Assembly: GCA_030615175.1 (NCBI GenBank)
Contig: JAUWZX010000001.1
Coordinates: forward strand, 524,044 to 588,043
From: Candidatus Parvarchaeota archaeon
GTDB lineage: Archaea > Nanobdellota > Nanobdellia > WJKC01
Direction: 5' to 3'
Length of the DNA: 64,000 nt
The notes beneath the pieces were generated by a model, which did not search any database, was not told the DNA's origin, and saw nothing but the letters and a program-made list of their open reading frames with translations. Shown one piece after another: positions 25,710 to 35,673 of this stretch; within the stretch, counting starts at the first letter, position 1; each line of letters starts with the position of its first letter. A program made the position numbers and the translations under genes.

Positions 25710-26948
25710 TTAAATAGGTGTTTTATGACCCCATGACTTTAATGCTGTTCTTAGTTCTTCATGCTTCTTTGCGTGTTCAGTGACGCTTTCTCCTTGCATG
25801 TACGCGTTTATTGCCTGTCTTAATGCTTTTGCCCCGTTCACAGTGCCTCCGGGGTGCCCTAGCACGCCTCCGCCTGCTTGAATCACTATGTCTGTTGATA
25901 GTAAATTCATTAGCCTGTGTGTTATTCCCGGGTGCAGTCCTCCTGAGCAGACTCCAAACACTCTTTTTACGTTATCTAATTCCTGCATGCACTTGTCGTA
26001 ATTATCTTTTACTTCCTTCTTTCCTCCTGCTAACTTGCCTAAGCCGCCGATATGCAGTTGGTCTGCTCCTTGTATTCTTGCTATCCCTGCCAGCACTTTC
26101 ATTGTGACTCCGTGATTAGGGTTGCGGTCGAATGCTGCGTGGAATGCTCTGTGAGCGTGAATAGCGAGTCCTAACTCTCCGCATACATTTCTTATTGTCT
26201 GCACTCCTGCCCACCCGACAGTGAGTATGTCTATCATTACGTATTCATTCCCGTATTCTTTCACTAGCCTTGCTCTTCTTTTCATTTCATCAGTTTCTGC
26301 TGTGATATTTATTAAGTAACTTTTGCGTTCTCCGGTCTTCTTTTCTGCTTTGCCGCGCATCTTCATTGATAATTTCAGCCTTTTCTCAAACCTGTTAAAC
26401 TTCTGGTTGCTTAAGTTCTCATCATCTTTTACTAGGTCCACTCCGCCTGTCCATATATCATATGCATGCTTTGCATGTTCTTCCGGGTAAAATCCTACTT
26501 TTGGTTTGAGCACTGTTGCCGTTATTGGCCTATTCTTTATTTTCAGTATTTTCCTAATGCCTTTAATCCCGTATTGCGGTCCTTTGAATGATTTTATTAT
26601 ATTCTTCGGCCACTTGATGTCCATTAATCGCAGTCCATTCACTGCTTTCATGCCGAAAATATTGCCTGCTATTGAACTAATGATTTGAGGCATGTTCCCT
26701 TCCTCGAATAATTCGTTAGGGTATGAAATTTTAACGTAATCGCCTTTAATGTCAAATACCTTGGCGCTTAAAGCCTTGATATGGCTTGGAATCCTTAGTG
26801 CAGTCCACGTGCCGTTACTGCTTTCAGCTGCTACTCGTGAAGCTGCTTCCTTAATGCTTATTCCTTTTGCTGGTTTAATCTTGAATAAGCAGATTAATTC
26901 ATTATCAGATGGTTTGTAGTTAATCTTTATGAAATCCTTGTATTCCAT
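25710..26948 (-). CDS. rbcL: Ribulose-1,5-bisphosphate carboxylase, form III large-subunit type
   Basis: All catalytic motifs are present: ESSNGTWT, GNIFG, LKPKVG, GGVDLVKDDEN (carbamylated Lys), IHAHRA, LHIGG.GKL, CSGGLHPG, GGGVLGHPGG. No small-subunit gene is adjacent. Confidence 0.92.
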   Translation of the reverse strand: MEYKDFIKINYKPSDNELICLFKIKPAKGISIKEAASRVAAESSNGTWTALRIPSHIKALSAKVFDIKGDYVKISYPNELFEEGNMPQIISSIAGNIFGMKAVNGLRLMDIKWPKNIIKSFKGPQYGIKGIRKILKIKNRPITATVLKPKVGFYPEEHAKHAYDIWTGGVDLVKDDENLSNQKFNRFEKRLKLSMKMRGKAEKKTGERKSYLINITAETDEMKRRARLVKEYGNEYVMIDILTVGWAGVQTIRNVCGELGLAIHAHRAFHAAFDRNPNHGVTMKVLAGIARIQGADQLHIGGLGKLAGGKKEVKDNYDKCMQELDNVKRVFGVCSGGLHPGITHRLMNLLSTDIVIQAGGGVLGHPGGTVNGAKALRQAINAYMQGESVTEHAKKHEELRTALKSWGHKTPI

Positions 26949-26991
26949 TAATTAAATTATTAATTGACTCGTGTATAAAAAGATTTATTAA

Positions 26992-27561
26992 ATGATTAAT
27001 TGTCTTTACTTCCTCATGGTTCGTACTCTTGCTGTAAGGGCTGAGTGGGTTGGTAAGGTGTTTAATTTGGGTGTTTACATTAATCTTATTAAGAGTCTGG
27101 TTAAGTGTAAAATTGATTCTGGTGATGAGTTAATGACTGGTAATCCTTTTTATGTTTGGTGGGCTGTTGCTGCTGGTTACTTGGATAGTCATGGAGTGGA
27201 GTTCAGTGGTGAGGTGCCTGGGAGGATTAATTATTCTTTGTTCAGTAGTGTTAAGGGGATAAGTCATGGTGGCAGGTTGGGGAAGGCGTTTTTTGATTTA
27301 TTAAATCCTTTTGAATTTTATGAAAGCGAGTTTGAGTATAATTATTTGAGGCTTGAGCGTCCTGCCAGCAGAGCGTTTAATATTAAGTCGCTTGATATTC
27401 CATTAATGCCTGATGTTTATCTTGGAATGCTTGAAAAACATTTAATCCCTGATGACATGGTTTCATTAAATCCTGATGAATTAATGGTTTTGGATGGGAT
27501 AGCGTGTAATTCAGTTAAGTATATTAATCAGGTTATTGAGTTTGAGAGTAATCATCCTTGA
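26992..27561 (+). CDS. Hypothetical protein
   Basis: 189-aa ORF. Start uncertain. No motif. Confidence 0.4.
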   Translation: MINCLYFLMVRTLAVRAEWVGKVFNLGVYINLIKSLVKCKIDSGDELMTGNPFYVWWAVAAGYLDSHGVEFSGEVPGRINYSLFSSVKGISHGGRLGKAFFDLLNPFEFYESEFEYNYLRLERPASRAFNIKSLDIPLMPDVYLGMLEKHLIPDDMVSLNPDELMVLDGIACNSVKYINQVIEFESNHP

Positions 27562-28019
27562 TTTTTTAATTCTTTAATGATTTCTTTGTTTAGTGCGTAA
27601 AGTTTTTCATTAATCATGAGTCCTTTAATTTCTTTAAATATTGAGTAGCATGGTTTCTTTGAGTCTTTACTGACTGGATTGTAGTCGTCTTTGCAGATGA
27701 ATGGTCTTTTATCTTCTTCTCCTTCTGCTGGGTATATGGAGCAGTACATGGTGTTTATCATTTTTTGTTCTTCATTAATTTTAATGTCAAGCAGTGAGCA
27801 TGGATTTAACGTTTTCTCTTTTCCTTTATGGTATTGAACGTTTAGAGTGACTTCTTTGTTTAGTTTGATGTGGTATTGATTGTTTCTTTTTATTAATTTT
27901 TCTTCATGTTCTTTGATGAATTCCTTGTTTGTTATATTATTTAAGAAGTAATCGTATTTAGTGCTGAAGAAGCAGCATAAACCGCATTTCCCCGCCTCGC
28001 ATAAGTCCTTTAACGTCAT
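27552..28019 (-). CDS. YkgJ/UPF0153-like cysteine-cluster protein
   Basis: N-terminal CEAGKCGLCC matches the CxxCGxCC zinc/iron-chelating motif of the family. Confidence 0.5.
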   Translation of the reverse strand: MTLKDLCEAGKCGLCCFFSTKYDYFLNNITNKEFIKEHEEKLIKRNNQYHIKLNKEVTLNVQYHKGKEKTLNPCSLLDIKINEEQKMINTMYCSIYPAEGEEDKRPFICKDDYNPVSKDSKKPCYSIFKEIKGLMINEKLYALNKEIIKELKNQG

Positions 28020-28075
28020 TAGGATTACTAATTATTATTAAGGACTTTTAAAGCTTTCTATTTTTTGCCTTTATT

Positions 28076-28795
28076 TTATTCATGGCATTCTATTATTATT
28101 TTAGAAACTGCTGGTACAATCGTGCTATGACCGTATTCTTCATAATAGAATTCCTTGCTGCCATTAACATTATTGTTCTGAACTTCTACCGGCGCACCGC
28201 ACCGTCTTAATACTTCATCATTAATAATCTTGTGATGGTATACTTTAACATTGTCTCCTGGTGTCGTGAACTGGTCTAATCCTACTCCCGCATCCCTCCA
28301 GTAGCCCCTGCCAATTAAGAATTGTAAAATTGCCATCAGGAAATCACATCCTTTTAATGGTGAGGCAAGCGTGTGTATCTCTATTGCCCCGTTAAATTCT
28401 AATTTATGCGCTGAGTACGCTGCTATCGTCCCGCCAGCACTATGCCCGATAATAATTACTTCTTCTAATTCCTTTCCATCAATGAATTCATTGAATTCGT
28501 TAATAAAGTCTTGGCTTAAATCTGCCAGTCTTGTTGTTTCATTATAATCAAAATCCATTACGCCCCTTACTTTAGGGTCATTGCTTATCAGGTCTTTATG
28601 ATAATCATATGAACCAGGGTCATGGTCGCCGAAGCCTCGTAGCAGGATGTAAGCTCTTGATTGGACTGAATTATTATTCTCGCACTCGAAAGTATTATTA
28701 GTTATTATCACACTGCCTCCTGTATTCATTAAATTACTAGCAATAAACCACGTTATTATAATGAAAATAATTAGGAATCCAAGTAATTTATTCAT
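28076..28795 (-). CDS. Secreted alpha/beta hydrolase (lipase/esterase-like)
   Basis: N-terminal TM/signal. Nucleophile elbow IIIGHSAGG (GxSxG). A late His (EYGHST) is plausible as the catalytic triad member. Confidence 0.6.
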   Translation of the reverse strand: MNKLLGFLIIFIIITWFIASNLMNTGGSVIITNNTFECENNNSVQSRAYILLRGFGDHDPGSYDYHKDLISNDPKVRGVMDFDYNETTRLADLSQDFINEFNEFIDGKELEEVIIIGHSAGGTIAAYSAHKLEFNGAIEIHTLASPLKGCDFLMAILQFLIGRGYWRDAGVGLDQFTTPGDNVKVYHHKIINDEVLRRCGAPVEVQNNNVNGSKEFYYEEYGHSTIVPAVSKIIIECHE

Positions 28796-28985
28796 AATAA
28801 CCTCATTAATTACTTAACTTATGTAGTAAAGGGCTTTAAATGTTTTCAAGCCACTGGCCGCGCTTTTTTGTGGTCACCTAGTAGAAAAATTTATTAACAG
28901 ATGTTAAATATAATTAACAAAATTAAGAAATTACTAAGTTAGCCACTGGCACCATTAATAAAAATAAAAAAAATAAAGAATTAAA

Positions 28986-29261
28986 TTATTTCTTTTTCAT
29001 GTGCATCATCATCTTATGCTTATACTTCTTCTTTAACATGATGAGTGCAGTGCTTACTAATGCAATCTTAAATGCCGTGTACCATGAAATTGTTCCAGCC
29101 AGTATTCCGGTAGGGAATAAGTCAGGCACAATCCAATCCCATAATAGTTTAGTAGCAATCCAGCAAACCGCTAATAAAATCAGGGCTTTTAAGCACATTG
29201 TTTTCTTACAGCACATTGAGTTCCAATCATGTTTATAGTCTTTGCCTTTGTCCTTGGCCAT
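28986..29261 (-). CDS. Small membrane protein
   Basis: 91-aa ORF with two hydrophobic segments and a Lys/Met/His-rich C-terminus. Confidence 0.45.
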   Translation of the reverse strand: MAKDKGKDYKHDWNSMCCKKTMCLKALILLAVCWIATKLLWDWIVPDLFPTGILAGTISWYTAFKIALVSTALIMLKKKYKHKMMMHMKKK

Positions 29262-29540
29262 AAGTAATATAGTAAAACTTAGTGACTTTTTAAGTTATTG
29301 ATAGTAGTATTCTCCTTTATCTTTAAAAAAGAAGCAGGAAAGGGGATTAGAGAATCCTTAGAAAGTTTAAGATGAAATTGAAGACGTATGGCAAAAGAGC
29401 TATAACAACTGAGAAAGCTTGTCTTGAATGCGGTGAAAGAGATTATGTGAAGAATGTGATGTTTCTTTAATAACTAAACTTAGAAAGAAGAATAAAGTTT
29501 TTAAATGCAATGCATAATTAAATTAAAGGAGTGGAGTAAG

Positions 29541-30821
29541 GTGACCCAATTCTTAAAAGCAAAAAATAATGAAATAACTAAAGAGATGAGATACGTAGCT
29601 AAAAATGAAAATATAGATGTTAATAAATTAAAAGAAAACATTGCTAAAGGCTATGTTGTTATTCTAGCCAATAAAAACCACAAAAATCTAAAACCCGTTG
29701 GGATAGGAAAGGATTTAATTATAAAGGTTAATGCAAACATTGGAGCTTCTCCAGACAAATCAGATCTAGAAAAAGAATTGGAAAAATTAAATGTGGTCTT
29801 AGAAGCAAAAGCAGATACAATAATGGATTTAACCATTGTTGATGATTATGAATATATTGATGAAATAAGAAGAAAAATGATTGAGAGATGTGATGTTCCT
29901 TTTGGAACTGTTCCAATATATCAAGCTGTTGTTGAATCTAAAGGTCCAGGAAATTTAACATTAGAAAATTATCTTAAGGTTTTTGAAAAACATGCTAAGG
30001 ACGGTGTTGATTTTACAACAGTTCATGCTGGTGTTACAAGGAATTCTATTCCTTTAGTTAATAAAAGATTGATGGCTGTAGTTAGTAGGGGAGGTTCTTT
30101 TTTATTACATTGGATGAAAAAACATAATAAGGAAAATTTTTTATATAAACATTTTGATGAAATCTTGGATATTGCAAGAGAATATGATGTTACTATAAGT
30201 TTGGGGGATGGTCTAAGACCTGGTTGTATAGCAGATTCAACAGATGAAGCACAGATTTATGAATTGCAAAAATTAGGAGAATTAGCTGAAAAATGTAAAG
30301 AAAGAGATGTTCAGGTTATGATTGAAGGTCCTGGGCATATCCCTTTAGACCAAATTAAGATGAATATTAAACTTGAAAAACATATATGTAAAGGTTCCCC
30401 TTTCTATGTGCTAGGTCCTTTACCTATAGATACTGCAGCAGGTTATGATCATGTTGCTGGTGCAATCGGTGGTGCTTTTGCTGGGATGTATGGTGCTGAT
30501 TTTTTATGTTATTTAACTTCAAAAGAACATATTGGTCTACCAAATATTGAAGAAGTGAGAGAGGGTGTTGTTATTGCTAAAATTGCCGCCCATTCTGTGG
30601 ATGTTGCAAGAGGAAATGAAAAAGCAATAGAACAAAATCATAAGATGGCAAAAGCAAGGAAGAAGAGAGATTGGAATAAAATGGCAAAACATGTTATTGA
30701 TTTAAAAAGATTCAAAGATTTGAGAAGAAAGGAATGTGATGGTGATCCTGCTTTAGAAAAAGCAGACAAATGCTCAATGTGTGGGGAGTATTGTGCATTT
30801 AAGATTTATCAAAAAGACTGA
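29541..30821 (+). CDS. thiC: Phosphomethylpyrimidine synthase ThiC
   Basis: VTQFLKAKNNEITKEMRYVAKNENID... aligns with the usual ThiC N-terminus. Also present are NANIGAS, DLTI, GTVPIYQA, SRGGS and the C-terminal Fe-S motif CSMCGEYCAFK. The GTG at 29541 is preceded by GGAGTGGAG. The tracked ORF begins at 29505. Confidence 0.9.
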   Translation: MTQFLKAKNNEITKEMRYVAKNENIDVNKLKENIAKGYVVILANKNHKNLKPVGIGKDLIIKVNANIGASPDKSDLEKELEKLNVVLEAKADTIMDLTIVDDYEYIDEIRRKMIERCDVPFGTVPIYQAVVESKGPGNLTLENYLKVFEKHAKDGVDFTTVHAGVTRNSIPLVNKRLMAVVSRGGSFLLHWMKKHNKENFLYKHFDEILDIAREYDVTISLGDGLRPGCIADSTDEAQIYELQKLGELAEKCKERDVQVMIEGPGHIPLDQIKMNIKLEKHICKGSPFYVLGPLPIDTAAGYDHVAGAIGGAFAGMYGADFLCYLTSKEHIGLPNIEEVREGVVIAKIAAHSVDVARGNEKAIEQNHKMAKARKKRDWNKMAKHVIDLKRFKDLRRKECDGDPALEKADKCSMCGEYCAFKIYQKD

Positions 30822-30884
30822 TGAGGAATAATAATAGTAGAGTCCTTTAATGAATTGATTTCTTAAATATTTATACTTTACTAC

Positions 30885-32657
30885 TTATGTTGCGTAGTAA
30901 AATTCTCCTTTCCTTTTCTGCGTATCATCCTTCTGGCTGCCAGGCTTATTAGCTCTGGGGCGATGACTTTTCTCATCACGCCTGAACGTGATGTCCAACT
31001 CCATAAGGAATTTATTCATTCCTTCACGCATACTGAAAGGACCTGTAGCGTGACCAGTAACTGCCGGCACGCCAGTGAACACGAGCAACCGCTCACTAAT
31101 GAAGTCTAAGAACATGATGTCATGGTCAATCACTAAAGCTGAAGCATCATGCCTGTAATGAATTATTTCCTTAATAGCCATTGCCACAGCCATCCTCTGC
31201 TCAACATCCAGGTGAGCAGCCGGTTCATCAAGCAAGTAGAAATCAGCCTTCTTTAAAAGGCATCCAGCAACCATAACTCGTTGCAATTCACCGCCAGATA
31301 ATTCAACCAGTTTACGCCGCATGATAACGTTTAAATCCAGATGCCTGAAGTAATGTTTAAGCGCTGAATAATCCTTAAAAGAATTCAAATACTTACTAAC
31401 AGTCATCCTTGATTTGTTCCTGATGTACTGAGGCTTGTATGAAATCTTAATCTTACTGTCAGGCAGTCCTTCATCAGGCTTTACTTCGCTGTTAAGCATT
31501 CTGGCAAAAGTTGTTTTACCAATGCCATTAGGGCCAACAACTCCAACAACCTCTCCCTTGTAGAGTAATCCCTGCTCGACTTCCAGGTGATAATCCTTAA
31601 ATGATTTGCGCAGGTGAGGCCACTCAATCATTACTTCGCGCTTAATTAATCGTGAAGGCTCCTTGACTACGAATTTAATCTCCTCATCCCTGAAACGCAT
31701 GTTCTCCTCTCTTAAGTAACCAGCAAGGTATGAGTTAATGCCAACCCTGCTTGAGTAAGGGAAGCTAGTGACCCCGTAAGCTCCTTCATCGCCGAAGAAT
31801 ACGTGAACTAAATCAGTCATGTAATCAAGCATTATTAAATCATGCTCTACAACGAACACTGAATTCTCAGGACCAGCCAAACCCCTGATGATTCTTGCAA
31901 TCTTTAATCTCTGCTTAATATCCAAGTAACTTGAAGGCTCGTCAAAGAATTGAACATTACCCTTCTTTAATAACGTGGCTGCTATCGCTACTTTCTGTAA
32001 TTCACCGCCGCTTATTGATTTAATATCCCTGTCAAGTATAGTCCTTATCTCTAATTCATCCACTACCTTGTTTAATAATCCTTTCTCATCAGTCTTCTTT
32101 AATAGTTTTCTAACCTTGCCTTTGAATTTCTTAGGGATTAATTCAATGTACTGCGGCTTGTAAGCAATATCTAATTTATTATTAAACTTATCCTCAAAGT
32201 ACTGCTGTGTTTCAGTGCCTCCAAAGAATTTAATTAATTCCTTCTTACTTGCATCCTTAGTCCAGTCTCCTAAATTAGGATTTAAGTCGCCTGATAATAA
32301 GTTAATCGCTGTTGACTTGCCTATACCATTAGCACCTATTAACCCGACTACACGACCCTTCTTTGGTATTGGCAGGCCGTACAACCTGAAATCATTCTTT
32401 CCATACCTGTGCACTGGACTTGTTTTTAACTCCTTTGGAATGCGAACCACTTTTAAGGCTTCGAAAGGGCATTTCTTAGGGCATATAAGGCATGCAATGC
32501 ATAATTCTTCATTAACAGATACTTTCTTGTCATCATCAATTATGATGCATTCATCTCCTGCCTTGTTGCGGGGGCATACGCGCATGCAGAGGTAATCCCC
32601 GCAGGACTTTGGATTACACTTAGACTTCTCAACAATCACTACAACATCATTTGCCAT
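30885..32657 (-). CDS. abce1: ABCE1 / RNase L inhibitor (ribosome recycling ATPase)
   Basis: N-terminal double ferredoxin-type Cys clusters (CNPKSCGDYLCMRVCP; CIACLICPKKCP). Two ABC domains (GANGIGKST, LSGGELQ / GPNGIGKTT, LSGGELQR). Confidence 0.95.
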   Translation of the reverse strand: MANDVVVIVEKSKCNPKSCGDYLCMRVCPRNKAGDECIIIDDDKKVSVNEELCIACLICPKKCPFEALKVVRIPKELKTSPVHRYGKNDFRLYGLPIPKKGRVVGLIGANGIGKSTAINLLSGDLNPNLGDWTKDASKKELIKFFGGTETQQYFEDKFNNKLDIAYKPQYIELIPKKFKGKVRKLLKKTDEKGLLNKVVDELEIRTILDRDIKSISGGELQKVAIAATLLKKGNVQFFDEPSSYLDIKQRLKIARIIRGLAGPENSVFVVEHDLIMLDYMTDLVHVFFGDEGAYGVTSFPYSSRVGINSYLAGYLREENMRFRDEEIKFVVKEPSRLIKREVMIEWPHLRKSFKDYHLEVEQGLLYKGEVVGVVGPNGIGKTTFARMLNSEVKPDEGLPDSKIKISYKPQYIRNKSRMTVSKYLNSFKDYSALKHYFRHLDLNVIMRRKLVELSGGELQRVMVAGCLLKKADFYLLDEPAAHLDVEQRMAVAMAIKEIIHYRHDASALVIDHDIMFLDFISERLLVFTGVPAVTGHATGPFSMREGMNKFLMELDITFRRDEKSHRPRANKPGSQKDDTQKRKGEFYYAT

Positions 32658-33489
32658 ACAAGTAAACTCTTTCAGCGTTATTATAGAACACCATGTCTTT
32701 CACTTCACTGAGCGTGTCAATTCCTTCAACGCGCCAGTACTCGCTGGGGTAGAAACCCCACGGTTCATCACTAGCGAAGAAAACATGCTTTAATCCTTCA
32801 AAAAACTTATTCTCCAACTTCTTTATTAGCCAGTAAGGCGCGAACCCCCTGCAGAAACTAGTATCACAGTAGAATTCATAATCATCCTTCAACCACTTAA
32901 TGAATAATGGCATGAATTTGAAGTGCCCTCTAGCACTGCCTCCCATGTGAACGAATTGAATTTTTAAATCCCTGCCATACTCATTAACGAATGGTACATA
33001 ATTCAACGGGTCACTGTTACCTGAACCAGTATGTAGTTGAAGCATTAAATTCTTATTCTTAACTATTTCAACGATTTTATCCATATTATTCGCAAACCCC
33101 TTACTCCAAGTCTTAGGGTCAGGCGTTATTCCTTCAGGCCATGCGTCAGGACTCATTTTAATACCAACTACTTTATCCTGAATTAATCTTAAGTGTTCAT
33201 TAACTAATTCAGTGAACCTGTGCTCTGGATTAAAGTATAAGCAGCCATAAGCATTACCCAGCCCCTTAATGACTTTAATTACTAAGTAATTATCCGAGAA
33301 TGAACCAGCCTGTTCAGGCTTGTAATGAGGCATGAATATTGCTTTACTAACATTATTCTTCTGCATGAATAATTCAGCATCCTTGTAATCCTTAATCTCC
33401 CTGCCCTTGAATGGCTCTACGAGGCTGCCTGCTATCCTCTGTTCACCCCACTCACCTAAGTGAACGTGAGTGTCAAAAACCTTTCTCAT
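32647..33489 (-). CDS. Amidohydrolase-fold (TIM-barrel metal hydrolase) protein
   Basis: N-terminal FDTHVHLGEW and the later QLHTG and VHMGG are consistent with the amidohydrolase_2 family. Confidence 0.6.
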   Translation of the reverse strand: MRKVFDTHVHLGEWGEQRIAGSLVEPFKGREIKDYKDAELFMQKNNVSKAIFMPHYKPEQAGSFSDNYLVIKVIKGLGNAYGCLYFNPEHRFTELVNEHLRLIQDKVVGIKMSPDAWPEGITPDPKTWSKGFANNMDKIVEIVKNKNLMLQLHTGSGNSDPLNYVPFVNEYGRDLKIQFVHMGGSARGHFKFMPLFIKWLKDDYEFYCDTSFCRGFAPYWLIKKLENKFFEGLKHVFFASDEPWGFYPSEYWRVEGIDTLSEVKDMVFYNNAERVYLYGK

Positions 33490-34051
33490 AGTCTTTAATT
33501 AAACACTCTATTACTTTTAATCTTTTTTTAACATTCTTTCTTTTCTTCTCATAGTACTCTGGCAGGCAAATCATTTCCATCCCTGAATCCTCATATGATT
33601 CTTTTAAGTGATTGCATATTTCTAACTGTATTTCCCTGTCTTCCCATCTAACGCCATCATCTTCGTAATGGCTTAAAGGCTCTAAGTAAATGATTAAGTC
33701 ATAATCAAGATTACTCATCATTCCTTTAATCTCATCACTGGGCTCTAATCCTCTTTGTTTATAATACCCCCAGCAGTCGAGAGGGCTGCGGTCAAGGAAT
33801 ATTATTCCTTCATTACTTAATCCTTTTTCAAGACTTAATTGTTTCTTTATCACTGTATACTGGAATTTAACAAAATCCTTCCACGGCAGCATGTCCGAAT
33901 CCTTAGCCCGCTCTTCATTAATCACAGCCCTTGCAACTTCCTCAATTACTTTATAACCTTTAATTTTTAATCTCTCTATCAGGGTTGTCTTGCCAGTACA
34001 TGGTCCGCCGGTAATCACGATTTTCATTAATCCTTTTTTAAGTAAAAACAA
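33473..34051 (-). CDS. P-loop ATPase/kinase (AAA_28 / NadR-like)
   Basis: MKIVITGGPCTGKTTLIERL is a Walker A motif. The true start is probably the ATG at 34027. About 180 aa, typical of this family. Confidence 0.6.
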   Translation of the reverse strand: MFLLKKGLMKIVITGGPCTGKTTLIERLKIKGYKVIEEVARAVINEERAKDSDMLPWKDFVKFQYTVIKKQLSLEKGLSNEGIIFLDRSPLDCWGYYKQRGLEPSDEIKGMMSNLDYDLIIYLEPLSHYEDDGVRWEDREIQLEICNHLKESYEDSGMEMICLPEYYEKKRKNVKKRLKVIECLIKDYEKGF

Positions 34052-34086
34052 ATTTATAAATAAACCCTTTATATTATTCTTTATTC

Positions 34087-35211
34087 ATGCTCATCGGCAT
34101 TGTAGGTGCTCCAAACCAGGGGAAATCCACTTTATTTAATGCTTTAACGCTTGCAGGCGCTGAAGTAGCTTCTCACCCGTTCACAACTATCAAGCCTAAT
34201 GAGGGAGTGGCTTACTTTAAAGCCAAGTGCCCTAAGGACCCGTGCAATCCAAGGCATGGTTACTGCATTAAAGGCAACCGCTTCATTCCAATCAAGGTAT
34301 TGGATGTTGCAGGATTAGTTCCAGGCGCCAGTGAAGGCAAGGGCTTAGGCAATCAATTCATGAATGATTTAAGCACTGCTGATGCGTTCATAATAGTGGT
34401 TGACGCTTCAGGCAGGACTGGGTGTGAAGGCGAGTTAATGGAGGTTCATGACCCTATTGAAACAATTAAATTCATTCTTGAAGAGATTGATAAGTGGTTT
34501 TCAGGAGTTATTAAGAGGCAGTGGGAGACTGTGAAGAAGAGGGTTGATAAGAAGCCTTCTAAATTACTTGCAGAGAAACTTGCTGGTTTAGGTATTAGGG
34601 AGGAACACATTAAGCATGCAATGAATGATGATATTAACTTATTTGCAAAAAAACTCAGGGAGTTATCAAAACCTTTCATAATAGCTGCTAATAAGATGGA
34701 TTTGAATGGCAGTGAGAGTAATTTCAAGCGATTAAAGAATGAATTCAAGAATACCATAGTTATTCCTGTAAGCGCTCTTGTTGAATTAACCCTTAGGGAG
34801 GCTGGTGATAAGGGATTCATTGAGTACGTTCCAGGTGAAAGAGAATTCAAGCCATTAAAGGAGATGAGTGACCAGCAGAGCAAGGGATTGCATTACATTA
34901 AAGCATTCCTTGACGGGCATGAAGGCACTGGAGTTCAGGAATGCATTAACAGAGTTGTGATTGAATTATTAAAGCTTAAAGTAGTTTACCCTGTGCAGAA
35001 TGATAATAAGTGGGCTGACAGTAAGGGCAACGTCCTGCCTGATGCTTATTTATTAAAGGATAACGCTACTGCCTTGGATTTAGCGTATAAAGTGCACACA
35101 GAGATTGGTGATTCATTCATTAGAGCGGTTGACGCGAGGACTAGGAAGACTCTTGGCAGGGATTACGCATTAAAGGATGGTGACGTTATCAGAATGGTTG
35201 TTAAGGGTTAA
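34087..35211 (+). CDS. OBG/YchF-related GTPase with C-terminal TGS domain (archaeal Ygr210-like)
   Basis: G1 GAPNQGKST, G2 FTTI.PN, G3 DVAGLV, G4 NKMD. C-terminal LKDGDVIRMV (TGS). Confidence 0.8.
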   Translation: MLIGIVGAPNQGKSTLFNALTLAGAEVASHPFTTIKPNEGVAYFKAKCPKDPCNPRHGYCIKGNRFIPIKVLDVAGLVPGASEGKGLGNQFMNDLSTADAFIIVVDASGRTGCEGELMEVHDPIETIKFILEEIDKWFSGVIKRQWETVKKRVDKKPSKLLAEKLAGLGIREEHIKHAMNDDINLFAKKLRELSKPFIIAANKMDLNGSESNFKRLKNEFKNTIVIPVSALVELTLREAGDKGFIEYVPGEREFKPLKEMSDQQSKGLHYIKAFLDGHEGTGVQECINRVVIELLKLKVVYPVQNDNKWADSKGNVLPDAYLLKDNATALDLAYKVHTEIGDSFIRAVDARTRKTLGRDYALKDGDVIRMVVKG

Positions 35212-35673
35212 TTTTAAATTACTAACGAGTAATGGTATTGAGTCATGAATGTAATTAACTATTTCTTTAATGTATTCTCCTACTGCTTTACTATTCGCTC
35301 TCCAGTTAGGAATGACTTCAGTAGCATCCTTTACTGATGTTTTTTCCCTGTAACAGACATCGTTGAATAGTATTGAATTAGCATTGAATTCTTTAGTTAA
35401 GTATTCTTGATGAATTCTTGACATTGCTATGATTAAATCATTATTGTCCAGTAATTCTTTAGTCAGGAAGGTCGGTTTATGTTTTGAAATATTAATGCCT
35501 AAATCATTTAATGCAGCTTTTGTTTCAGTAAAAACTTCATAAGCTTCATTCCTTGTAGCTGCTGAGGAGGCGTTTACGTTGCGAATGTCGTGTTTTCTTA
35601 TGTAATCTTTCAGGCAGTACTCTGCAGTCATGCTTCTGAATATGTTCCCTGTGCAAATAAATATGATATTCAT
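35170..35673 (-). CDS. Low-molecular-weight protein-tyrosine phosphatase / ArsC-like
   Basis: N-terminal P-loop IIFICTGNIFRS (C-x5-R-S). Confidence 0.85.
   Translation of the reverse strand: MNIIFICTGNIFRSMTAEYCLKDYIRKHDIRNVNASSAATRNEAYEVFTETKAALNDLGINISKHKPTFLTKELLDNNDLIIAMSRIHQEYLTKEFNANSILFNDVCYREKTSVKDATEVIPNWRANSKAVGEYIKEIVNYIHDSIPLLVSNLKLTLNNHSDNVTIL

Noticed and set aside
25811-26688. Antisense ORFs inside rbcL (25811-26107, 26506-26688), and similar shadow ORFs inside ABCE1 (31975-32595), the MFS gene (39695-40744), the SIS gene (37728-38303), the GDE gene, arsM, the radical SAM gene and the SPFH gene
   Set aside because: Each is fully nested antisense or out of frame within a gene that has strong motif support. 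Their translations are low-complexity or Leu/Ser/Phe-rich shadows.
28849-28950. 10-nt direct repeat AGCCACTGGC; the second copy is followed by ACCA, suggesting a tRNA 3' fragment or att site
   Set aside because: No T-arm or acceptor complementarity surrounds either copy. A 10-nt repeat is too short to call an attachment site without an integrase or comparative data.
29262-29504. Possible TPP (THI-box) riboswitch or leader peptide upstream of thiC
   Set aside because: A CTGAGA hexamer is present (29409-29414). I could not find the paired ACCTGA...GC pyrophosphate-sensing half or the P1-P5 helices. A 32-codon ORF (29372-29470, MKLKTYGKRAITTEKACLECGERDYVKNVMFL) has no support. An Rfam RF00059 scan would settle it.
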